A DNA stretch of 46,321 bases, the filler included, from Catajapyx aquilonaris (lineage: Eukaryota): the NCBI GenBank assembly GCA_000934665.2. It is 2 parts of 2 records of this genome, joined end to end, with 100 filler letters (N's around TTAATTAATTAA, not from the genome) between each part and the next. Parts side by side here need not be neighbours in the genome. Positions count along the whole stretch, not along the records: positions 23,244 to 46,321 come from JYFJ02005768.1; 1 more part is not named here. One strand, written 5' to 3'. The position numbers were made by a program, and so were the translations under genes. The notes under the pieces are model-generated. The model was not told the DNA's origin. It saw only the letters and a program-made list of their open reading frames with translations, and made no database searches. Position 1 is the first letter of the stretch. Each line of letters begins with the position of its first letter. Positions 23,244 through 35,360 of the stretch are shown piece by piece.

Positions 23244-23724
23244 GCTCTTAGCGGATAATTCTATCCTTGCCCTCAATTCCCGGGGTGGTGGAAAAAAGTA
23301 GAACCGCTGGAAGCTCCTCAACGGTCGAACGCACGGGGTGGGATAGTTGGAACAGGGTGGCTAGGGGGTGGGGGAGGGAGTGGGGGTACATTTATAACCC
23401 CCTCGCCTTATGCAAATTGGAAGGGTGGGGTGGGAGGAGGGGCCATTCCCTATGCAAATCTTTCCCAGCAACGGGAACAAGAGCCCAGCCCACTGCTGTC
23501 AGGAAAAAAAAAATTGGGGAGGGAGGGGAGGGGTGAGGAGGAAAAAAAGTATAAAAACGCGATCACAGGTAGCAGGAGAGCCCAACCTCTCGATTGGCCG
23601 TTGAGGGTCATTTCATTTATTGCTGGTTTCTGGGCCCGACCCCACATTGAGTAGCACGTTTTATTCAAGACAAGAAGCTTCCTGGGAAATCTTAACGTTC
23701 TGGGAAATAATTCAAAAAAATTCC

Positions 23725-23809
<85 letters not shown>

Positions 23810-23815
23810 TAATAA
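23725..23815. repeat. (AAT)n microsatellite, ~30 units
   Basis: Direct reading; one AAC interruption near the 3' end. Confidence 0.97.
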
Positions 23816-25390
23816 CTCCTCTAATAGTGTATGTATCAAATTACATGCCAATAATCTACCAATAATAATAGAAAGGTGGTTGTGGTCCTTACATAACTGT
23901 CTTTCTGGGTTCCTCTGACTAAAAATAATCAGCGGTTTCAAGGGGGGCGGAAAAGGGGGGGGGGGGNTATGGATGTAGTGGGGGGGGGGGGGGTCAGCCT
24001 TCTGCTATTCTGGGCACACCAGCCCCCTGTTTCCAGGGATGCTGCTTTGCGGAGGATTTTTGGGGTACGCTTGCCTGGGGAAGAAACATGAGAAAAAAAA
24101 TGGTACCAGTACTAAAAACCACTACAGGAAACATTTTTCACCAATCTTCCTAGTTGGGTGTGTGCCATACCAGCTACAACCTGTTTCAATAATTCTAATG
24201 AAAAATGTGTCAATTCAGATATTGTCCGTTGTAGGCCACTAATGTGTTAATAACGTACAGTACCTGTATGCTCCATGTCATTCAAACTACTTAGTATGTG
24301 CTGTGAGTACACAATAGACTGTAGGTCTGATAGACCGCCCCTAATAATTGCGGTATTACTAAAACAGCGTGTGATTTTCGATGCAGTATTAACATGTCTC
24401 GGAAGTCGGGATGTCATTGAAATACTGTAATGATAATTATTGCGCTCGATTTTCTAGGCTGTACAGGACTTATTTTCCACCCAATTGCCTTCTACAACCC
24501 CTGGTTGTCAGGCTGTCTGCTGTACATGATGCGCTCACAGGTCACCGGCACTGTCAGGATGAACGTGCTTAATCAAGGTCATTTGCTTCAGGCAAATTCT
24601 GACTTACAAATGAGATGACAGCGTAGGGGCGTTTTCATTGGCCTTCCGCCCAAATACAGGGTGTAACTGAATTGTCAGTTTTAATATTATCATGGAGGTT
24701 CACTAAAATAGTGTTAGGGCACACAAATCACGATATATTGTTAGCGGAATTGATCGTGTCGGTCGATGTCAACATTATTCCAGTGCCTGTAGACATCAAA
24801 CGTTTGAACATATTCCGTTACTTCATGACAAGAAAGCATTATGTCAGTCGATTAGGTCCAATCGTGTAACCAGGAGCGACACTGTTATTCAGTTTGAACC
24901 AATGTATAGGTTCCGTAATGGACCGGTTTTGTTGTCCTTGGAAGTGTATGAGACTGGGAGTGAAATAATATCGAAGTGTAGTAAGGTGAAGTGAGGTAAG
25001 TGCATACTGTATCGTGCCAATCAACTTCTACATTGCGGTAAGTGACAGCCTCACAACGATATGGATATCAATACGTAGAATTTTTTAAAAGTGTGGTAAC
25101 TTACGCCAGTTGTGCCGAATGTCATGTCATATGGAAGTTTTGAGTCGTGTTTTGCTGAGATATGGACTGAAATATGGGTTTACGAAACAATACGCATATA
25201 TAGGAATTGGGGTGAATACGGACATACCGTACTAAGAGTTTCAGATTTTAGCAACTTGCGAAATCAAAATTTTTACATTTTTGATATTCTCACTCGTAGG
25301 GTGAAGTGAAATCTGCATATCAAATTACCATACGTCAGCCTGAAAATAATGGGGGGGGGGGGGGGGGNGTTCTTCATGATCAATTTAACC

Positions 25391-25953
25391 CAGCGGTTCT
25401 CCGGCAAACTGTGGGGGCGAAGGGGTGGCAGGGAGGGGGGGGGGGGGAATCAAAAAATTATGTGACTCGAAACAGGCACAAAAGTCGCACTGATTAGACG
25501 GTAATAACTACTTCTCAGGTCATACTGTAGCGTGCAGTTCTACACAATTTGTGCAGTTCTAAAAGCTAAATGTGCAGTTCTAAAAGCCAAATGTGCAGTT
25601 CTAAAAGCCAAATGTGCAGTTCTAAAAGTCAAATGTGCAGTTCTAAAAGCCAAATGTGCAGTTCTAAAAGTCAAATGTGCAGTTCTGATTAAGGATTTGT
25701 GCAGTCAGATAATTAGCAGACAAGTCTGTTATATCCAGATTCAACTGCACTTGTACATTGGCACTGCTGGAAATATGAAGGGACCGATTGCTTATATCCG
25801 ATGTGCTTACAGTATAGGGGGATTCCATACTTTGTCAGTTATTACATTCACCTAAGATTGTGTGACCTTGAACAAAACCAAAATTTCGTATGCGGCGGGC
25901 TTATTCGGTTTGGGAGGGGGAGGGCCCGATGTGGCAAAGTTTGAGAACCGCTG
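25391..25953. mobile_element. hAT (Charlie-like) MITE carrying a minisatellite
   Basis: TIR CAGCGGTTCTC/GAGAACCGCTG; perfect 8-bp TSD ATTTAACC (25383-25390, 25954-25961). Confidence 0.88.
25550..25686. repeat. 21-bp minisatellite, ~6.5 copies, inside the hAT MITE
   Basis: Unit TGTGCAGTTCTAAAAGYCAAA starting at 25550, 25571, 25592, 25613, 25634, 25655, 25676. Confidence 0.93.
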
Positions 25954-27768
25954 ATTTAACCGATGGTCAGATTTTCACTTTTGGCTGTATGCTCTCTCTT
26001 CTGCATCTACAAAATTCGGATGTATTAGTTGCAAAATCCAACTTAAAATAATAACAAGCGAAGCACACTGCAGGTTACCTCTCCATATTTTGTAGTTAGC
26101 AATTAATATATTCTTAATATATAATATATTAGTTATATTATTTTATTTATTATTTCCTCCACCTTCAAACTCATGTATATCGGCGTCATCAAATCTGTTG
26201 AGCAGGTAGTCCACATTCCAACTATATGCTCATTTTACCCTAAACTACCCTTGTTAAAATCCATGAAGTGGGTCTAGATGAGTTTTGGCTTTTGACACCG
26301 CCCTCCTCCTATGTCACGCACAGTCAAGCAGGACCAGACTCCCCTCTCGAAAAGTACATCCAGGTCCGACCACTCTCCCTCTTTCTGTCACCTTTTCAGG
26401 TAAATTAAGTTTTATGAATATACCAGTGTTAAAATCAAATAAGATTGCTTTTAAAAGTCTCGTCGCGAGCATTCAGGTCTTTATACAGTGTAATGCAGGG
26501 TGTTACAACGGGAACGGCCGTAGTGGTTACAGATCTTTGGTACTAAGCTGCTTAGTTCAAAGCATTTGCTTTTGCATAGCTACTTTAATGGTTATCAAAA
26601 GTATTATCTGCTAATTTTAGGCCCAACTGAACTGACTTCTAATGAACTTTTTCGATTGGGAACGGTCCTTTTGGAACAATTGAAAAAGGATTGGTCTACA
26701 TAACCAAATATATAGCAGCTAATGATTTTGATAGCAACCGAAAGTAATAATCCCAAAGGAACTACTAACTTAAAAATAAGAAGCTTAGTACCATAAAAAT
26801 ACCAGGGAATTTCAATTAGACAAACCTGATTACGTAATAGCCCCGTTATATGTGGAGCATAAGAGAAAACCATCACACGTGTGTTCTCAACATGAAACTG
26901 ATATGTTAATGAAAAAGTGATTTTAGCTAAAATCAACCTCAATAAGGAAACAATAATGTTGTCCTCAAAAAACGTAAAAATGTGTAATGCTTATGACTGG
27001 ACATAATTATCCCATATACAGTAGGCTAATAGGAGTTACTCGCATAAATACCTGATCAAGCATACGGTATAACTTCATTTAATTTATGGAATTTTTTGTA
27101 TCATTTTACCTGATGACACTTGCATAGCATGCATGTCGAGGTTGACTACTATACGATTTAAAACTCTTGTGACATTTTTTTTCATATGCTAACATAATTA
27201 TAGTAACATGTCTACTACGATGTATCGAGTACACTATGTACTATACTATACATAGAAATGCACCTTGTGACATTTTTAGAATAATTTCCTACTTGTCCCT
27301 GGTTACATGATAAAATCTTATATGCACTCTACCATCACATCAATATACATTGCATCATTCAAGCATACAGTACATAGTTGGAAATACTGAGGCTTGATTG
27401 CTTCAAAAATGTCTACTAATTTATACTCTTGGGCTACATTACAACTGGGTTCGCACTCGGAAGTGCACAGAGTATGCGCAATTATAATAATTGAATACTG
27501 GCATAGACCTGGAATAAATGGGCTAAATCATATTGACGCTTCTCATTTCGCTATGGCTATGGCTGAGTAATCAACATTTTTCCATTACACGCACAGTTGG
27601 GAATGTAAAAAAAAAATCAAATACCGATACATATCGCAATGAAGATTATCTCTTATAGCCTGATATACTGCACTAGCTTCAGGACTAGTAATTATGACTC
27701 TCCTCATATGCAATACCTGCTGACAAATGAGCATGGTAAGCGCATGTTTCTGCAATAAACATATTGCT

Positions 27769-27894
27769 CAAGGGGTTAACCACTCGATTGTAAAGTATTC
27801 ACTGGAGTACCAAATTCAAGAGTAAGGCACCTAAGTAGTACCTGGGAGTACCCCTGCATGTGTACACCGGAGTACCGAAGTGGTTAACCCCTTG
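27769..27894 (-). mobile_element. CAAGGGGTTAACC mini-MITE, copy 3 (reverse orientation)
   Basis: Perfect TIRs; perfect TSD ATATTGCT at 27761-27768 and 27895-27902. Confidence 0.9.
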
Positions 27895-29829
27895 ATATTG
27901 CTTCAGTGATCGAAGAACAGCAATCCCCGAATCAAGCCCAGCACAATAATCTAGAAAATTGTGAACTAATATTCTGGAATATGACCCACCCGAAATGCTT
28001 TCGGGAATCGGTTCAATTTCCAACCGAATTGATAACCCACTGAATTATTGGCAATCTCATTTATATACAATCCTATTCCACTTTTTTACACCGATCAGCC
28101 AGTTGTTGGATTGACATAACTGACTATCCGAATACCAATATATCCATGCTACAAAAAAAATGCAAGGTCTATTTGCTTAGTTTTTTTAGTACGAATATTG
28201 ACTATTGCATAACCTTGAATTGCAACAATATATATAAATCTCTGCTTAATTATAATTGTAAGTGCGTATATGCCTGATCACCGTTTGGAACAATTAACAA
28301 ACATGGTGACACCCATACTGGTGGATCCAACAATCGATTGTTATGTACAGGGTCACGGACCTGTTGTTGTGGAAGTGCCAGCGGGGGAGGGGTATGTTTA
28401 TAAGTGGATAGTATCGATCGGGGGGACAGGTGAAATAGCCGTCTAGACAGCCGAGTGACCCACTTGGAGCTGGCCGGACTTTAGGGAGGTTGGGTCCCGG
28501 GAGGGTGCATAATTCATGCAATGTGCTAAGGTGGTGGTGGGGGGGGGGGGTATTAAAGGGAGGGAAAAGTTGACCACCTTGGGGACCTCTAAGAGGAAAC
28601 CCTCATCCAAAGAGCTCAAAGGGCGAATAGGAATTTCGTGTAGGGGTCCAATAGCGGCACACTTCCTAGACCCACCTTAGAACCACCCTGTTTTTTTTAA
28701 AAAGGGGGAGGTGTACATTTTTTTTTTTAATGGGGAGGGTGGGCCATCTCGTGCCCCTCAGGACACTTTTTGGGACCTTTTGGGAGGGTCCCACCTGTTG
28801 CCTTACGGGGCATGACTGGAGAGATGAAAATGGGTAATATATTGATTGAAATTTTTTTTGGCAAGGATTGTAAGAATTTTTTTTATATGGATGAGCATGT
28901 TAGTGGTGTACTTTTAAGAAGCTGAACATGTTTGCCTTGGTTGGTCCAAGCTTGGCGATCTTGCCAAATGTAGGAGGAAGCCTACGTATGGTCAGTTTTT
29001 TAGGTGGTGCGTGTGTGCTCATTTTTTTTTTGCTAGACTACAAATTGAATGTGATAGATTAAAAGGGTCGTAAGTTTTAGTTTAATGTATTAGTCTTGTT
29101 TAGAGTGTGGACAAGCATTACGCAAACAATATTGCATAGGAATTGCCCGTATTTAATTCTGATTCAACTGATGCTATTTTATCTCTCAAGAAGCTGCGCA
29201 GCATTTTAAGGTACAATTTGTTGACCTCCTTCTAGAGGGAAATTATTTTATCTCTAATATAGATGCAGCAAGCGCTCATTTGATAAAGCCCTTTGATTCG
29301 ATGTTTACAAAAGAGGGGCTTTTCAGTGCCTGCTATTGGGGATCCGGTCATTCCTCTGTTACCCGCAGGACTGTTTGGAATATGATCAAGATTCATTATC
29401 CGGTCTTGGCAAGGAAACCCTACTGAGACCTATTCATTAGTCTTGCATTCAGGTACGTTCAAAACAACCTGTGAAACGCAGGCACCGCATCAACCCCAAT
29501 AATTCCAACCGATGGGATCAAGTCTCATTATTTCACACGCGTATATACGACAAGCCAAAGCTCCAGCTCGTTATGTGACTTACTGTATTATCTGAAACCA
29601 CAATCTTTTGAAGTAAGCTTGTCACAAAAGTCGTGTAGATAGACAGACCTTTTCTAAACAATTATATAGAAGCCAGACTTGTTTGGTCTAGACGTTAGTC
29701 ATCATCCGCAATTATGGGTATACAGCAGATAGCAATTGTGGCGCCTATTGTTCACTGTGACCTTTCCGTTTTATGTTGGGGGTATACTGAATTTTTTTTA
29801 TAGTCCACTTTTTTTAAGGTTCTGACCAC

Positions 29830-30700
29830 CGGTCAGTCGTGCGAGAGAAGGCGGACTGGCCACGCGAAAGGTTATTATTTTTTATTAGCGTCTTTGGAGT
29901 ATTCAAATCCCGTTACATCGTATGCTCACCCTAACCTTCTTTTATACAACTAACCAGTGTGGTCAGTCCTGTCGCCCCACGTGTAGCATGCGTGATCCCC
30001 CACACATGCAAATGGCTTTTAGATTTAAAAAATTGGATGGACCTTTTTTTTAAAAGGGGCATTACCACTGGCCCGTTGGAAATGGGCATCCATCGACCGT
30101 TGGTCACTTCTTTTCATTTTTTTATATATTTTTCCTCCCCCTCCCCTCCCTAGCGGATCCCGCAATTGTGGGAGGGGTAGGACCGGTTGTCGATTCCTTT
30201 TTCTTCATCTTTTCATACCGTCCGTTACTGGACACGGAACTGGACACACGTGGGGGCACTCCATTTTTTTCCCCTTTCTATTGCCACCCTCCCACCTCAG
30301 GTCTTTTCTCGCCAGGACTTTCCCATTGCCCAGAAGAGTAAATTTCCACGTTTTTTTCCCGACGAACCATGGGGGCGATGGTCAGGTCCAGTTTGGTCAG
30401 TTCAGGGAGGGGGAAGCTCCCCCATCCCCCTGCCAGGGGACTCCGACTCCCCCTCCCGCACTTGATCGGCCGTCGCGGTGCGTGTGATAGATGGAGCAAG
30501 ACTTTTTGGCCGATCTCCATCCCGTTTGGTCACTTTACTGGACATTGAAGGGAGGACCGGTTCTGACGTGGGGGTCACCCCCGTGGGATCCGTCCACTCG
30601 TCCGGATCCCTCCCGCGGGGGATGCCCACCCACTCCGGAAAGATTCACACCACCTCATGTTGAATGGGACATAATGTTGGGTGTTGGATTTTGTTGGGTG
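29830..30700 (+). promoter_or_regulatory. GC/CpG-rich island, probable NAB promoter or upstream exon region
   Basis: Non-repetitive GC-rich block ~5 kb upstream of NCD1, containing Kozak-like ACCATGG (ATG 30369) and donor-like G|GTGCGT (30478) and TGG|GTGAGG (30698). Confidence 0.4.
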
Positions 30701-33700
30701 AGGTTAGGGGTTTGAACCTTGCCTAACCTACATATGGATGGTTGTGAGATCGATGGTAAATTTGGAACAAGTGGTTGATTCGTAAGGATTAATTTTTGTT
30801 TTTTTTTGGGGGGGGGGCATTTTCTTGTCAACAGGATCGTTGTTTTCGAACATTGCGGCTTTTAGGGAGAATTTGGGTTAGTGGCAAACCGAATGCGAGA
30901 TCGTATCTTGTACGATTGGGGTGTATATATAGTAGTATGCTGTTTTGGATATACCGACGTACAGACCAGGATTTTGGGTAGTTTGGTGCTTTGTTCTCTG
31001 CCATTGCTTGCCAAACGTTTTTGATTGTAGCACACTCAGAAAAAATTGTCACTTTTTTTTTAAATTAGAAAAACATAAATAGGGAACCGAATTCACGCCG
31101 GGTCACATTATGAGAAGCACAGTTTATATGTAATAGTTGGGAAGACCGGTCATTTTTTTTTAATGTTAGCTCTCAATGCAAGTACTTTACTGCACCATTA
31201 TTAATTATGATATAGTGCAATTATAACGTCAAACTTACCTGTTTTCACCAGGAAAATGCGTGATATTCTGCTCCCACCGTGCAGAGCAAGCTTGTAACAG
31301 CATTACAAAAGCCATTATTGATATTGCTAGTATGACAGGATATTAATGCAACTAATGTTAAGGCCATATTAGGGGGATAGCATAAAATGTTTACTTCAAT
31401 AGAGGTATTCCTATTAGAAGATGGTTTCCATAGGCATTAAGGGCCTAGACAACAAAGATATGGGTTATTTATCTCTGTATACATAAATCACAAACATTGT
31501 GTAATTGTGTAATTTATTCATATCAATTCCCGTGAAAAGAACGGGCATCATTCTCGATCGGGCGGAACAACCCATCCTGTATACAATACAAGTACAGTTA
31601 ACCTATTAAAACACTGTCTCTAAATTTCAGGAGTTTTGATGCTAATTTAAAACCCGAACAAATTGTATGCCGAATGTACATCCATATTCTGAACAACAAA
31701 TGTTCAAATTAACTCGCTTACCATGTGGTACTACCCACTGCACTATGGTAACATTATCTAAAATAATTGTAAAAGTAAACACAACAGGGAAATTACCCCT
31801 CGCCGATGCCTGTAGAACGCAAAAAGTAATAATTACGTTAAAAAGCACCGTTGCGAGAGCTATACATAAAATCACACTAATTGGAATGTTTTAAAATACG
31901 CAAATGTTCTTTTATTCGAAACCCTTTCATCATTAGTACCCAACATGACTGCACGACAACGTAGTTATTCACACCAACAGGAGCGAAAGTGCAAATGGAT
32001 GAATAGTGTTTCCAGGACAAGAGATGTTTCATTCTGTCTGTTTGCGCTAACAGATAAATCGATTAATCCGCATTTTAAAAATAGGGGGTACAGTGACACA
32101 TTAGGGTGAATGTCAGGACTTGTTGCTATACGTATAAGTGTGACTCTCTAGAATATCAGATGACATGAAGATAGAGTCGTGCATGGTTTCAAGTCGACTC
32201 ATGGCACATCCAGCTTCGAATCCGCCGAAAATAAATTGGCCTCACGTTTACGCATGTTCTGCCATAACTCCCGTCGAGACATCGACTATCGATTACGCAA
32301 TGTTATACAGTATTAATGTGTGCAGGTGTACAGAATGGCGGGGTGGCGGGCATGGGTCTGGGGCAGCAAAACCACGTCAGTATATAGCCAGTGTATGCAT
32401 TTTTACGGACTGACGAGTAAGGTGAATCATGAGGAAAACCATATTCAATTGGCATTACCTCAGGGGGTCGTATAAGAGTGTCAACTCGGTATAGAAAGAG
32501 TCGGTTTATCCGTCTGAAATCCGTTTGATAGCCAACCTCACTTGTCAAGGTGTATGTGTGGAGTGGCAGGTACACATTCACATTGCAAACGATATGCCGG
32601 ATTCGATGGAATATGCGTCGAGAAATGACATGATGACTGCCAGGAGGTTGGTCGCCGTTGCTTTAATAGCTGGATGCGACGTTTTCATGCAGTGTGCGCG
32701 ACAGGGACACTTTCAACGTTTCACCTTATAATCCTGCCCCATACTGTACAAGTATACAATATTTCGAATAGGCGTTTTTAAAGTACTGGAGGAGTGTTGC
32801 TATTACTGACATCCATGTTTTTATGTTTTTATTTAGTTATGCATTTATTTACTGTAAATGCATGGAGTAATCCACTGCAAAAATATTGTCATTAGAAACT
32901 CAACAACTTCTGTATTATTAATTTTACTGCATATACAATATGACAATGGGACTGCAGAAGATGTGTAATGCGACTGGCCGTTACGGAAGTGAGTCGTAAA
33001 AATTATATACGTAGTTGATCCTCTAGGGATGTTAGGAATCTGCTGAATTTGTGGTGTGCTCTATAAGGTATGCGCTAGTTGCCTCTCACGATTCTGAGCC
33101 GATTGGAGAGGAGCTACAAGTAGGATAGAGCACTTTCCTGAAGTGGGATGTTTTGACAAAATAAAGCGGATTGATTACAGGAACGGTGATTAATATGTAT
33201 CCCATCAGTTGAGCAAGTAATGATAATTAGCACAGCTATATTTTCTACATAGCAGTAAATGACGTTAGTCAGTTTTTTTTAGCTACAATGCTTCCATTAT
33301 ACTGTAGTTAGGCGCATGAAGAATTAATCATTTATAAAGCTATACCCGCAGTATATAGTGAGGTTCCTAAATTGCGCGCAAGCTATTTAAAAATTAATGA
33401 TATGCAATTCCCTTTGAGGTTGCGTCATATAACTGCAGACGGACTTGTTTTATCGTTAATCATCTCAATAAGCTCGTCTGAAGTAATCAGTGAGTCAGAC
33501 TTTAGTTAGGGTCCATAATTTTAGCTTCCAGTCAAACTATCTGTACGTATGTGAGGACATCAGAGAATTTGAAATAATGACAAATTAATATCTTGCCGTT
33601 GCATTTTGCAAAAGCTATACCCAAGTGAAATTTTGGAGTTATTTTCTAATGAATGCAAATGACACAACGTAAAACATATGCATTGGAATGTGAACCACAA

Positions 33701-33850
33701 AATTATACGAAATCAATGAAAAATAATTGTCTAACAGGCCATACTTTACATTCTTGTAACTTTCATCTAATTAGCAGAAATTGTGTGGTATCCTGGGAAC
33801 GTATAAAATATGCAATATACTGTAATTACGTACGCAGGCATTAAGCTGGC

Positions 33851-33969
33851 GTGATCGATAGTAAATCCCGAACAAGTGGTTGGCCCTTGTTATTAATTGT
33901 TTAGAAAATATGTTACCAGCCAATGAATAACAAGTATCAACCACTTGTCCCGGATTTACTATCGATCAC
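33851..33969. mobile_element. Small inverted-repeat element
   Basis: GTGATCGATAGTAAATCCCGAACAAGTGGTTG / CAACCACTTGTCCCGGATTTACTATCGATCAC. Confidence 0.65.
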
Positions 33970-35211
33970 ACATCCCAGTCTATAAGCAAATATGTCATAT
34001 ATTATACCTGTTCCATCTATCATATAGTTACCAAAATATTAGGATATAATAGTATATTCCAAGAATATAATGTCTCCAAAATGTATTAAGAAGTGTGTAT
34101 AAGAAGTTTGTCGGCAAAATATTCACGCTACCTGCTCGGTTTTCTGTGATGTACAATTAATGATTTGTTTAAAGTATATAAATACTGACAACTACTTCAA
34201 ACGCTACGGTATGGTATAAATCACAATATTAAGAGTTATAATTTACATTATATAACATTTACCATCCTTCACAAGTTCCTATTTTATATCTACACAACAG
34301 GATCTCAATCCACCTTCTATATCCTTCCTATCTTTATACGTTGCTAATAAATGCGTTTTTATCCCACCCCTAGTAACCAAATTTTTTTTCTCTAAACCCT
34401 GAAGTCCCCTGGTAATAGGAGGAGTAGCTGAATTATCCCCATCCGGATTTTCCGGTCCACAATTTATCCGTGCACGTCCAAGTACGGAGGCAAAAAACTA
34501 AGCTCCTCCCAATGAAGGTGATGGGGATAGAAAAGGGGAGATGAGACGTGAGGTCTGAAAATCATTGAAAAAAAAGTAGCTCATATAGGCATACACGGTA
34601 TAATAGACTGCCATACAGTACCAAGAATTACGTGTCTGCAAAATTTGCAGGTCGCAGATGCGAAATACCGAGCTAGTACCTGATGAGAGACAAGGTGCAC
34701 ATAATATTTCAAACACGTGGAGCTTTCTGCATGAATTGCTTCATAGGAGGCCACCTATACTGTACCTCCGCAATAATTAGAACACAGTAATATAGAGTGG
34801 GAGTGAGTTTGAGACGCACGAAGCTCGACACTGGTGGGATGAAAGGCACAGTAACGGCAGACGCATCAGTGGCTCTAAATCGCTGCGTAATAAAGTACAA
34901 AGGAGAATGTATGAGTGACATTGTATAGTGATGTCTGGTTGCAGGAGTCCAGCAATCTGCATTTGGAAGGGGGAGGGGGGTTGACAAGACCCCGCCTGTG
35001 AACATGAATAGAACATTTCGAGTAGTTGTCCGGAGCAGTAACCATACATATTGAGTGTCCCGACAGCATGTACCGTTCTCGTAGATGATCAGGCAGGTAA
35101 CTGTCCCTTTTAGAAAGTGATAGGGTGAAAGGGTAAGGTTGAGGATAAAAAAAGGGTATGGAGGGGGCAAGAACCGGGTCTGGCTATTCCATAGACAAAA
35201 AACTAGTAGGG

Positions 35212-35219
35212 TGACGTCA
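35212..35219. promoter_or_regulatory. Perfect CRE palindrome ~110 bp upstream of the candidate NAB start
   Basis: TGACGTCA, outside any repeat I recognised. Confidence 0.35.
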
Positions 35220-35323
35220 GCTTTCCCCGGCCTGCTCATATGCAGAGTTGGGCAGACGGAAGTGGGAGAGCGGACGAACATGATGTCACGCTCTCCCTTA
35301 CCCTTTGACCTTCCTGCTTCCCA

Positions 35324-35360
35324 ATGCACTGTCTTCCCGGTTCCCGTTGTGGCTCCTCAG
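35324..35360 (+). CDS. nab: Candidate first coding exon of NAB ([12 protein letters not shown])
   Basis: ATG at 35324 follows an in-frame TGA at 35306. Phase-1 donor CAG|GTAAGG matches the phase-1 acceptor at 35427. No homology support; alternatives exist near 30.4-30.6 kb. Confidence 0.4.

Noticed and set aside
23450..23941. Poly-Leu / poly-Ile ORFs
   Set aside because: Products of the (AAT)n microsatellite.
25532..25855. ORF with KCAVLKA repeats, and possible CRISPR-like array
   Set aside because: Head-to-tail 21-bp units with no unique spacers, inside a hAT MITE with a TSD; neither coding nor CRISPR.
27110..27145. Possible hammerhead ribozyme (CTGATGA followed by a stem-loop)
   Set aside because: The stem is followed by GAGG, not the required GAAA, and I could not build stems I and III. 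Other CTGATGA hits (~7824, 20754, 22757, 34680) also lack the core.
28381..28389. EGR autoregulatory site (GCGGGGGAG)
   Set aside because: Imperfect single match in G-rich sequence; not distinguishable from chance.
31642..31894. Possible Helitron helicase or other transposase remnant
   Set aside because: Translations on both strands lack diagnostic motifs such as GQxYVALSR or a DDE context.
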